Shown here piece after piece: positions 1 through 11,642 of a DNA stretch of 64,000 nucleotides. Source of the DNA: Callorhinchus milii (lineage: Eukaryota). The stretch is from the NCBI RefSeq assembly GCF_018977255.1, contig NW_024704743.1, positions 55,058,001 to 55,122,000 on the forward strand, read 5' to 3'. The stretch's first letter is position 1; each line of letters starts with the position of its first letter. The position numbers and the translations under genes are program-made. The notes under the pieces were generated by a model that saw only the letters and a program-made list of their open reading frames with translations, was not told the DNA's origin and searched no databases.

Positions 1-707
1 CTGCTATAATAAATGTAGTTTCTGGCCCGCGGGCCGCTTGCTGGTTACCTGAGGTCACTGTGGGCGGAGCCTCTCTGGAACCGCATCCGCGGCACTAGCA
101 GCAAATTGGTTTCATTTGGAGGCCCCGCTGTTGTGATTGTCTTTGTATTTGTGAGTGTCTGTCGCTCTGTAATTGTGAGTGTTATGTGTGTATCTCTCTC
201 TGTGTTTATGAGTGTCTGTCTCTTTGTGTTTGTGAGTGTATGTCTCTCTCTCTACCTGTGTGTGTGTATATCTCCGTGTCTATGAATGTGCGTGTGTCTC
301 TCTCTAAGAATGTGTCTCTCTCTGTGTCTGTGAGTGTGTTTCTCTCTGAGTCTCTGAGTGTGTGTCTCTCTCTGGGTCTGTGTATAGTGCTGTCCCTGAG
401 AAGCAGGAGGTGGTGAGCTCCTGTAGATTCGCTGATGTTCCCCCCCACTAAAAAAGGCCACCCGGTTTATGTTAAAGACGTAATAAATTTTTTTGCAACA
501 ATCTAATATGTGTTATATTCTTCTGTTTAGTTTTTATCAATAAAGTGAAAAAATGTAGGTTGGTGGTAAAATGTACCTCAATAGCATCAATCAACTCCCT
601 GTAATTTTCTGCAAAATTTGGCAAAAACAGCCCTGCAATTTCCTGGAAAACCGGCAATTCTCCCTGCATTTTTGGGCAAACATTTCCGCAATTTTCTATC
701 GTCCCAG
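1..707. mobile_element. Non-autonomous TIR element with internal (TG/TC)n microsatellite, copy 1 (cut by window edge)
   Basis: 1-140 and 450-707 are inverted homologues of about 14290-14490 and 11643-11850; ends in ccgcaattttctatcgtccca, matching the family TIR. Confidence 0.75.
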
Positions 708-1179
708 GTCATTGCTGTGCATCATTGTGCTGCCGCATTTGCGTACAAATACAGTCAGTCCATTTCCCACTAATTCCCGTGAAGCACTTTGAGACCTCCT
801 TCCAATGTGAAAAGGTGGCTATACCAAATGGAAAGATTACTATTGACCCTACATCCTTCTGATTCAGGGTGACTCAAAAGAAAGCTATTCATATTGATAG
901 ATTTGGTGACTAGGTGCCAAGTATGGCAAATGTAATTTAATTTAACTTAATCAATGTGAGATAATGTATTTTGGCGATATCATAAAGATAGGAGTTGAAC
1001 ATGATTTAAATGAGGACATTCTGGAGCAACCAGTTAAAAAACGATTTAGAGAATGTAAACATACATGTACACAAACCAGAGGCTAGTACATTGGGTTTCG
1101 AGAGCTCTTGGCAGGGCAAATGGGATTTTGAGACTATTAGCTGCGACGTGCTTACCCTCCACGGCATTACCTGCCACAT

Positions 1180-1455
1180 GCACTGACTTCAGCCTCTCGC
1201 ACGTCCCTCGTCCCCTCCACCAACGCCGGCTATGCGTACAGCCACTATGCCTTGAAACTATGGAACACACTGCCTCAATCCCTTTGCCTTGCCTCTTTTG
1301 TCTGTCTTCAGATCACAGCTGAAGACCTTCCTCTTGGTCTATGCCTCCGTCCACCTGCGCCCTCTCTCCAGCTCAGCGTCAAGCTCTGACAATGTTAAGC
1401 ACTCTGAGATGCTACCCTACATGAAGAGCGCAATGTAAATGCAAGTTGTTATAGT
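1180..1455 (+). mobile_element. L2 3' fragment, diverged
   Basis: cagccactatgccttgaaactatggaacacactgcct...gaagaccttcctctt...gagcgcaatgtaaatgcaagttg. Confidence 0.7.
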
Positions 1456-1630
1456 GGTTGTGTGCATCTCTCTCTGACTTTCCCTCTCTCTTTTGCTGTC
1501 CCTTCAAAGTCCCCCCATAATTTTCACCATGTCTATTTGAGTGTCATTATGTTGGATATTGGTAAACAAATGAAATGCACTTTTTTGAAGCCTCTTTAAT
1601 TAAGTTGGAATATCAAAGAGACTCACTCAC

Positions 1631-1754
1631 CTTGCACGAGTTGGCCTGAGTCAGGGGTCGGGGCAGGATTCAGAGCCCAGTGAATCTGCCGACGGAATTC
1701 ACCTCTATCCTCTGTGTGGATCAGTTCAAAGACACTCTGATGGATAATATCAGA
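1631..1754 (-). CDS. AHR: AHR coding exon (equivalent to human exon 5; PAS-A)
   Basis: Minus strand tttatttgttcttcctag|TCT GAT ATT...GTG CAA G|gtgagt; 124 nt; [41 protein letters not shown] (human [30 protein letters not shown]). HTEDR and HWALNP favour AHR1-type over AHR2 or AHRR. Confidence 0.98.
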
Positions 1755-1989
1755 CTAGGAAGAACAAATAAAAAGATAGCATGTTAAAATGTGACACATG
1801 CAAAATACATTGTAAATAAAATAATTTCACTTTTGTTTCATTTATACCACTTGCTTTTTTTTTGGATTGGGTAGACTTATTTGTCAGAAAACTCGTCAAC
1901 CAAAACAGCTGTGAACACATCAGTCCAAAAGCAAATCATAATTGCTTATAAGAGAGAACAAATAAGCATCACCACACACCAGATGAGCC

Positions 1990-2360
1990 TGTGCAGTCCT
2001 GTAGCTCAGTGGTTAGAGCACTCGCCTCTTAACGAGAGACATGGGTTTGATTCCCGGCAGGGCGAAATGTTGGGCAAGTTTCTTTACTCCACACGCCTCT
2101 GTTTACCGAGCAGTAAGTAGGAACCCAGATGTTAATCGATTGGTGGATCGCTTTTCAGGGGTAATAATTCCTTAAAAAAAATTGGTCACTCAATCCACGA
2201 CTGTTTGTGGGACATTGTTGTGGCCAATTGGCTGCCACATTTCACCCACAAAATACACAATCAATCCCCTTACAGTATCATCCTGTGAAGCGCTTTGAGA
2301 TGTCTCAAAGACATGATAAGGCACTGTATCAAATGCAAGTATTATTATTATTATTATTAT
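1990..2360 (+). mobile_element. tRNA-derived SINE, family A (younger)
   Basis: Head gtcctgtagctcagtggttagagca (A box), ggtttgattccc (B box), tail aaatgcaag(tat)n; several near-identical copies in the window. Confidence 0.9.
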
Positions 2361-5300
2361 AACAGGCCTCCCAGCCTCCTTGGAGCACCAACCCGCTAAT
2401 GTTACGGGTGTCCTATGTACACGTGGTTACCGAAATTGCTGTACACATCTAGCAAAATGGCTGGCTTCCTACACTTGTGCCCGCCCGGCATGCAGGAATC
2501 CACCAGAAGCTGAATGTGACCCCAACGTCATCCTGACAGCCAGAAGCAGGAACACCGACCGTTGTATTTTGCGGAACCCTAATACCTGTTGGACCCATAA
2601 TACCATGTTATAACAGAAATTTTAATCTCCTTTATGTTCCTCAGAAACACTTAAGAGATTATTTCTAAAAGGCATCTCTCTGTGGTGCACATTTTTCGTA
2701 CTATCAGTCATGTTAGTTCGTCTGTAGTCAGTGTTTAGATCATGTCCATAGCCACATTGTCAAGGTTTTATAAACAGTAGGTTATTTCTTAAAATAGACA
2801 TGCTCCACCCCAAAAAAAATCACAAGACGTTATTAACCACAATGGAAGCCTTTTAAAACACCATCTATACCTTGTATTAAGTTACAACTAACCACTGCTC
2901 CAATATCTTTTTTTGAAGATTTATAGCTCCTATTCTGCAAAAATAAAAGAAAAACATTTCTACCACCTCCAGATCGATACTCAGAAAGTCTAAGAGTAAA
3001 CTAACATTAAACCAAGTGCCCAGATTAAATTTTCTATCTCAATCTTTTAAAGCAAAATGATTTGAAATTGCACAGCGAATACATATTTAAGCAAAATGTA
3101 TTTTGTAGCTCAATTTGCAGAATAATTAACAAAGTGAGGAATCCAGCTGTTATCATTCAGTGGCTTAGTCGCTGGTTAACCACTGGTGCCCACTGTCTGT
3201 CCAGTATACAAACAAGTTTGACAAAGATTGGTTTAAGATCAGCCACAGACCATTTTGCAATCTAAAATTGCTTTGACAGCTTGTGTATCGTGGTGGTGGA
3301 TGGTGAGAGAGGGTTCTTTCTCAGCCATCATTCTCCCTCCCCAACCAACCCCCCCAATCCATGGTCACTTAATGTCTTATGTGGCAGTCACTTTATCTTC
3401 CCTGGTCTCTCATTTAATGGTTTCCAGGTTTGTGGCAGGCAGCTAGAATCTTAAGCCATTCAGAACTGATTGTGATTAGGCTTATTTTTCACAGCTCACA
3501 TCCATTTGATTCATTTGAATGCATGATTTTTTGGTGATTTTAATTTCCTAAATAGAACAATCACACCCCTGGCTCTCATCTTTGCACTAAGAGTGTTGTT
3601 GGCTTCAGATCTTGGTGGCTAAGCCACCTTAATTTGAAACTTGGACAGAACAGTCCTCCTAAAACCACATTAAAGGTTTTAGTTAAAACTGTAACAAGTT
3701 TAGTTTTTAATCTTACAGACTTGTCTACTTGTCCCCCAAAACTTATACCATTCTTTCACATGCTTGAAGTGCAGTATGCCAAGTCTGACAGCCAGTTTAA
3801 CTCATTAATTCTCATCATAGACCCGAACCACTACATGTTTGACTATTAAATTAGGAGTACACTCACAGGACATGACGAAAAAAATACGATCGAGCTCCAT
3901 TATAACAGTACTTGGGGTCCGTAAAACCCCAATCTGATCTTCAATGGGGCCTGATCGCCTGTCAGCACATTCGCATTCACTGTGCACTTGCACAGCAAGA
4001 TGGCTTTTCGGGAGCTAAAAATACGGCCAAATTCTGGGTCATCAGATCACTAATGACACAACTTCAGCAACAATGAAGCGCTTTGAGACGTCTAGAACAC
4101 ATGAAAAACGCTATATCAAATGCAAGGATTATTATTATTATATTTATAATTCTCACATCTGTCCCAGAATTCTAGCATTCTTTGAGGAAACTCACTCATC
4201 CTTCCAATGTTATAATCTGCTAATAACTTGAGAACCTATTAGCATTTGTAAATGAGTTCAAATAGAAAGAGTTGCTAAGGGTTGGGAGTGGGGAAATGAT
4301 GATAGCAATCATGTGTAGAACAATGGTTGATTTTAACTTCCCATGACCTACAAGTTTTGAAGCCAATTTAAATTATAATAATACTTGCATTTGACATTCT
4401 ATGTTTCACTTCAATAGGCATCTCATAGTGCTTTATTTACTATAAAGTGAAATGACTGTATTTTCTACGTGGACAGCTATGAAATGAATGACCAATTTTA
4501 CTCACGGTTGCCAGGACACCAGGAGAAATTCACTTAGCACAACCTATTTAATGCCCCTCAGGTGACGATCAATTGGTTCAGCATGGATTACAGATTGAAA
4601 CTGGGACTTCTTTGGTTTGAGTTGCTCAGATCCACACTAGTTGAAAGTGTTGTTTAAGGAAATTATGGAGTGGATCAAAATTTGTTTATTCTTAAATGTA
4701 TTACATTATATAATTTCCAGCACCTTGGGAACTTCCTCCCGACGTAAAAAGTGCTATTTAAATGCAATTTATTGTCGTTATTGTTGTTATCACTGATGAG
4801 AAGGAAGAAATGTGTTTAGGAATGCAGTACCTTGAATTCTGGCCCCAGATTTTTAAAGAAAAATAGTTTGAACCGTTGGTGACCAATCTGTGGCCCACTA
4901 TTTCTTGATGTATGCCATAAATTGAGAAATATTCAATCAAGATAATGTATTTTGTTGGCCAACTATAAAGGTTGTCCACCATTGTTTTAATCAAAGAGCC
5001 ATACGAGTTGAGGCATAATTACACAACCGTATTTATTTTTCCTAGGAGCAAAAAAGATTTGCAGCTAGGCCACTTTGCAGATCAATTGGTGCTTTCTGTA
5101 CAGTTATCCTTAAAGTATCATACGACAATCTTTATTTGTAGAACAAAAGGGTTCATTCAAATTTTGATGGAGTTTGGTTTTTGTGATATGTGGAAGTGAA
5201 AGTGCCAGTGGAAGTAAGTAAAACCAGAGAGGAGAAAAAAAATTAAATCCCCCAAAAAGGAAGATGGAAAATAGCCATACAAGGATTATTTTTATTTTGA

Positions 5301-5840
5301 AGAGGGGGGCAAAGAGCAAAAATAACTGCAAAATGAGAGACTGAAGGATGATTCTGCACTGATCAGTGAAGAGGATCATCACCAGAGAGAGAGAAAGAAT
5401 ACAAAATAAATTTTCAGACCCTAAATTCGTATGAACCAGCATACAGGAATTTTCCTATAGGACTGCAAATATTTTTGGTGACTTTCCATTTGAGCTAATT
5501 GCTTCCAGTAAAATAACCGGAGCGATTGTTGAACAATAAAATTACATTCAAAACAGATGCATAAAGTATATATTTATCTGTAGGAAATTATAATTTTAGA
5601 CCGTGCAAGAAAATGTATTCTCAGATAAACCCATGTTAAGCTTTCTTTGTAAAAAGTTACATATTTACATTTTCATTCAATTCTACCTCATAAGAAGGTT
5701 TAAATGGAAGCATTTTAGGATAATTTACTGAGAACTTTTGAGAAGTTCTCCCTTGCCACATTCTCTGTGGCCATCTGCAATCCTATCAATCTTGCCACTA
5801 CCTTTGCTCAGAAAGGAGAAGCGGCCTGCCCCCGCTGATG

Positions 5841-6098
5841 TAATAATAATAATAATAATCCTTGCATTTGATATAGCGCTTTTCACGTCTTCTCAACGTC
5901 TCAAAGCGCTTCACTGGATAGACTGTAAAGTGAATTGACTGTATATTGGTGGGCGAAACGCGGCAGCCAATTGCGCACAGTAGTGTCTCACAAACAGTCG
6001 TGGATTGAAAATGACCAATTTATTATCGTTTTTTGTTTTGGAGGGATTATTATTAGGCGTGTGGAGAAAGGAAACTTGCCCAAGGTTTCGCCCTGCCT
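5841..6098 (-). mobile_element. SINE family A, 5'-truncated
   Basis: Reverse complement of the family A body and tail; nearly identical to 26965-27215. Confidence 0.85.
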
Positions 6099-7139
6099 GG
6101 ATGTACCTCACCATCAGTGGATGAATTTTCAACTTTTGTGCCCTTGTTCTCTGGAATTCCATCCTAGAGTCCTCTTGCCTCGACCTCTCCCTCCCCACTT
6201 TTGAAGCACTCCGTAAGACCTTCACTTTGTCTGCATTTTTGGTCAACTTTCAGCTCACCCCAGCTCAGGTGCGTGGTCACCCCAGTCAGCTTTGTGAAGC
6301 TCATTGAGACATCCTTCCAACATGAAAGGTACCATGTAAAATGTAAATTGTATTTTATAAATAAAAACAATTAAAATACAAGCATCATCCATAAAGATAA
6401 TGATGCGGATGGTAACAAGCCTGAAATAGTTACTTCAAATTAAAATTACAAGCAAGTTCAGTTCTGCATGTGATTCAACGCATCACCAATTGAGAATGAA
6501 ATCTTTCTGACAGCAAACAAAAGTAGTTTGTAGACTTCAATCGGGAATATTGCCCAAGTATTATACATCACACTGTCACGCAGGATGGATAACACAAACA
6601 GAAGCCACCGGCAAATGTAAAACGTTCTTCACTAAGCCTCAGTCTTTTTCTTGACTGTACTGTTTCCCGGTGAAGTTCAGTAATCTTTCTGAGCTGCCAG
6701 AAACATGCTGCTGCATTCCCTATTTGCGCAACATCACAGACTGAATTCTTTCGACTGCCTAGAAAGAGGTTTAAAATATTAGTGTTCTGACTGAATTATT
6801 ACAAACAGGCAGCTCATTCAGGCACTACCACTTATGTTTGTCAATGTGAAGCTACAGTAACGTATTTTAAAATAAATCCCTCCACAGTATTGCAGAACTG
6901 GAATTTCATACATACATAGTTACACAATAACACGGCATGAAAACAGGCCGTTCGACCTAACTAGTCCGTGCCGGCGTTTATACTTCACATGACCCCCACC
7001 CAATCTTCATATTTCCCTGTCCCTCATTTACACATCACGACTTCTCTTAAATACAATTGATTGCACCTACTTGCTTCAATCACAGTTTCTCGCATGGGCC
7101 TGAAACAAAATGCAATTTTTTTTTGTTGCACATATTATT

Positions 7140-7535
7140 GTGTTAGTTTGGCTCAGTCAGAAGGTTGTGGGTTCAAGCTCCACGTCATGACTTGTATCGT
7201 GTTGGCTGACACTTCAGTGAAGTGCTGGGGGTGTGCAGCATTGTTGGAGCAGTCCTACAGATGAGATTTTAAACTTTAAACTTCTGGCTGTTCAGGTGGA
7301 CGATGAAGATCCCATGGCACTATTCGAAAGAGAAGGGAGTTTCTCCTGGTGCCCTGGTCAACAATCCCCCCAAAATAATTGTCAGTCACTTTATAGCTGA
7401 TTGTGGGACATTGCTATGCACCACTTGCCTGCTGTGTTTGCCAGCAAAACAGTCACTCCAGTTTACACAATATCCTGTGAAGTGCTTGGGCCATTCTCCC
7501 AAAGTGAAAGGCGCTATATCAAATGCAAATTTTTA
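7140..7535 (+). mobile_element. SINE family B (SacSINE1/Deu-domain-like)
   Basis: ggctcagtcagaaggttgtgggttcaag...gctgacac...caggtggacg..aagatcccatggcactattcgaaagaga...gaaaggcgctata, matching the shark SacSINE1 layout as I recall it. Confidence 0.8.
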
Positions 7536-10500
7536 AAATTATAATTCCTTAATATTACCTATTTCTAGTAGTAGCTAAATGGGGCAGCAGTCTTTTACTC
7601 CTGTAGTTTTAAATAAGAATATGTTTGGACTTTGTCTCTAGACAACAAAATTACATTTATAGAGCGCCTTTCACGTCAGGAGGATGTCCCAAAGCGCTGA
7701 ACAGTCAGGTGCTGGGGCCCGAGCATGGCGGAGGGGTGGGTTGGGGTGAGGGAAGACAGAGAGGTGGGAGGGCTAGAGAAGGTTTATTGTACAGAAATGC
7801 CTTAAACCTCTAGTGATTCACCACAACAGAAACAATGACTTGTGGCAAAAAAAATTCACAGCATAAATTGGAATTGAGCAGTCTGATCTGAGAGTAAATT
7901 ATTACTGAATGAAGCTGAATCCCACCGCCCCTTTGAGATGGTGGATTCTGCAGCACACTGAACCCAGTGTAAACTTGACAGCCGATTTGGGGGGGTCAGG
8001 TGCTTTGACACCCGTGGAAACCCATCACCATGTTTAAAAATCCCCAACTAGATTGAGAGGTCTACATATGCACAAGTCTCTGCTTGACTGGTATGGAGTG
8101 TGCACTCTCTCCCCGGAGGGACAAACCCTGGTTACCTGATCTGGGAGAGCTTAAAGTTAGGTTGGCTAAATTTCCAAACATACCCAATCATTGCCATTTA
8201 ACAACCAGTGAGATCAAGTCATCAGCTGGACTGAAAACAAGAGCTTCAATGAGAATGCGAAATTCATGCTGCTAAGGGAAAGTTGATTTTTTTTTACTTC
8301 CTTTCAATGCTGTCATTGTTCAGTAATGGCAACACAGACAGACCTTGTGGAATGCGGGGATTAAGGAATAATCTGCAATATGATTTGGATAAACTATAAA
8401 AATGTTCAGTGGTGTCACTGGTATGGATTCTTCCTGTATTGTAAGCATTGCTGAAAATGTCTGAGAAACTCTTTGGTCCAGGTGGCAAAATTTTGCCTAT
8501 GTTAACAGTTCCGATATTCAAAGGATTCAATGAAATATGTAATTGTCATAATACTTCTGCAGCATTACATTGATGATTTTCTATTGTTTATTGTATATTT
8601 ACCCTGCCTCCCTCCCATTTGCCAGTGTTTAAAATCTGTCACCAAACTATTAGTGTCACAGCAGACTTGTTCAATGTGTATTAATGAGTAGTTTATATGT
8701 TTGAGTAAAATAAGTTTTATAGGAACGATTAAAAACATCAAATCAGGCCAAATGTCATGCTTTTTGGAGACTCACTAAGGAGATTGTGAATTTTTGGCGC
8801 ATAAATATTTACTGTATGCCACATTGGATTATTTTTTCCCAGGGAGGGAACAAGTACATAAATCACAGTCAATACTAACACAAAAATAGAATCCTTGAAA
8901 ATATTGCACAATATGCATGAATCATCAACTGATGATTCATCACTTTTACCTTGCGTTACCGTCTCTCTGAACATACATACTGAAAAACATTTTCTCTCAG
9001 GTTAAAAGTAATGTTTCCTGAAAAATATTACTTATATTCAGCTCCCTCTTCATGACAATTTCATTTAAATTGACAAATGATGAAAATTAATAATGCACAA
9101 ACATAATGAGAATGAAACACGTCAAACACATTTGAAATACTTCATTTGACGTTGGTACTAAACTAACAAAGGAATAAAAAGGATCATACTGGATTTGTTT
9201 GCACCCAGATTTTTTTTTAAAAAGTGTAACTGCACAAACCAATTTACTAATATAGCAATCTTGCAATGCTGTGCTAGATTAATTTACTACCGCTTCCAAC
9301 AATAAAGCCCCTCCTTCCTTGCTTTCAAATCCTTCCTGAAGACCTAAATCTTTAACTGTGCTTTCATCTGACCACCTCAAACCGCTCACTCTCCCTCAGC
9401 TCAGGTTCCTGCTCAGTCTTAGTAAAGCGCTTTGAGACATTCTCTGAACTTGAGAGATGCTGCATAAATTGTAGTTGCAGCAAAGCATTTTGAAGCAGGA
9501 AAAAAGGCATCAGTATTTCCCACTCCATAATTGCATTAACTTTGGGGGAGGGGGAGAAAACGGAGAAGGTTGAGGAGAGCTCTATGCATCTGCAACTGTG
9601 TCCATGTACAGAGCTGTTAAACCAGCAGAGATTGTTGGCTAAGTTCTTAATGTTACTAACCAGCTGGTCACATATATTTTTATAAAATAAACTTGTACTA
9701 AATTTTACGTTTTTAAATGAGCTACAATCGGGATTTATGCTGCTGCTGATGCAGTGCACAGATTCCTGAAACAGTCTCAGATTTATACTGAACTTTTAAT
9801 GTTACTTGGCAAGACAACGGTGCAACAACGAAGGTACACATTTTGAGTATGAATGTTAAAATAAAGAACTAACTGTGTCCAGTAACATTGAAAACTGGTT
9901 CAGGACTAGATTATAGCTTAAATGAAATATGCTTCAACTGTGTTTTGAGTGGGAATCCCTGACAAATTATTTTTCAATTTTTAAATGCCATTTGACTTTC
10001 TTTCAAGTTATGATTTGTCCTTTTTAAAGCTTTTGGAGAAACAATAAGCTCCCACAATAATAATAATCCTTGCATTTGATAATAGCACTTGATCACATCT
10101 TCGATAATAGAGTTTGATGCAGTGAAAAAAAATCAATGCCTCTGTCACCATTTTCATTACTGATTGTGCAGTGGGATTTTGTTCAAATGTAAAATAAAAT
10201 AATTGCAAGTTACTGTTGGCCACCACATACAATTTCTCTATGCCAACTGGGAGAATAGCAGGAGAAAGTGAGTCTAAGTCACCTGGGTCTAGAAGTTTTT
10301 TTAATAGCTTTGTTTACTATAAAGCACTTTGAGACATCCTCCTGAATGCGAAAGGTGCTATATAAATGTAAATTAAATTGTACTGAATTGTACCTCATCT
10401 GATAAAGCTATCACCACGTGACCAAGTCACACAATACAAATAGGAGAGACGACTTTCTGACTACTTGATAATTGGTCATGTCTAATATTTGTTTTCTGTT

Positions 10501-11642
10501 ACATTGGTACCAGTGCTTCAGCACAATGCGGATAATTTTCAATATATTCCTGCAGATGTCAAAACAAGAACAATCCCTTTACACAACGGAGTTTGCAGTT
10601 ACTTCATCATCTGAAATTACATCATTCGGTTTGGATTATGCAAATTAGCACTGAATGGTATTGAATCTACATCAACTGAAAGTTTGCCCAACAGTTTTAC
10701 ATTGTTTTAATATCTAAGCAATACATAAGGAACCAAGATGTTTAGTTTAGTGCAGATCCACTTGTAGCATGGGTGGCTTCTTATCAGGCAATATATAAAG
10801 GGTAAAGAGGTATCAGAGGCCATTCTAGCTATCAAGCCTATGCTTGTGTTAGCTCTAATTACTGAAGCCAACCACCCTATTCACTATCTCTGCCCTTTCC
10901 CGTTTATATTGTTCCACTTCAAATGCCACAGGTGGGTGCAAAGAAATGGTTCTTTAGAAATTGCCGAAGCTTCTGGCAAAGAAACAAAATAGTTACACTA
11001 CAGCACATAACTGTGAGAGATTAGCCTTGTGATCTGATAAAATTTCTCAGTCTACAGGAATTTTGAAAACTATTTGGGACAGTAAAGGAGAAGTGATCTT
11101 TTTATCTTTCTGCTTTCATAAGGGCCCTATTTTGTATCTTACTCTTACTCAGTAATATCTTACTCAATAATAATGTACATCTGGATGCCACTTGAAAGGA
11201 AAACATGATTCTACAATACATTTGCACTATTTGTAAGCCAATTAAAAGTTTTATAAATGCCATTTGCTCATTTCCAGGCTGGTTCCCAAACTGAAAGTAA
11301 ATGTTTGTAAATGGAGTTTTACAGTAAGCACAATACATTTCTGTTATACAAATATTGACTGCTGTGTACCTCGCCATTAGTCATGCTCATAAATAGACCG
11401 ACTCTAAAATTAGAAAACAGAATATTTAGGGTTAACCTGAACTGTTTATTACAACTAAGCGGTTCACATTCTTTGTTATCTGCTGTGTCATTCTAGGACA
11501 CAAATGAGTGATCATTATCTGTATATCTACTAAAGGCCACACATGTAGTCCATGGCATACACATTTTTTGACAAGGAAAAGCACAATAATCACAGTGAGG
11601 CGTTCTTGCAATGTACTTTATTGTGTGAATTCGGTTTTAAGG

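Noticed and set aside
1990..2065. tRNA-like sequence (also 16138, 25900, 27281, 50436)
   Set aside because: SINE heads continuing into a shared body and tail; no complete cloverleaf.
6560..6760. Minus-strand acceptor-like site followed by an open frame, with one GCGTG core
   Set aside because: No AHR similarity, exons 4 and 5 already join in frame, and a lone XRE core is uninformative.
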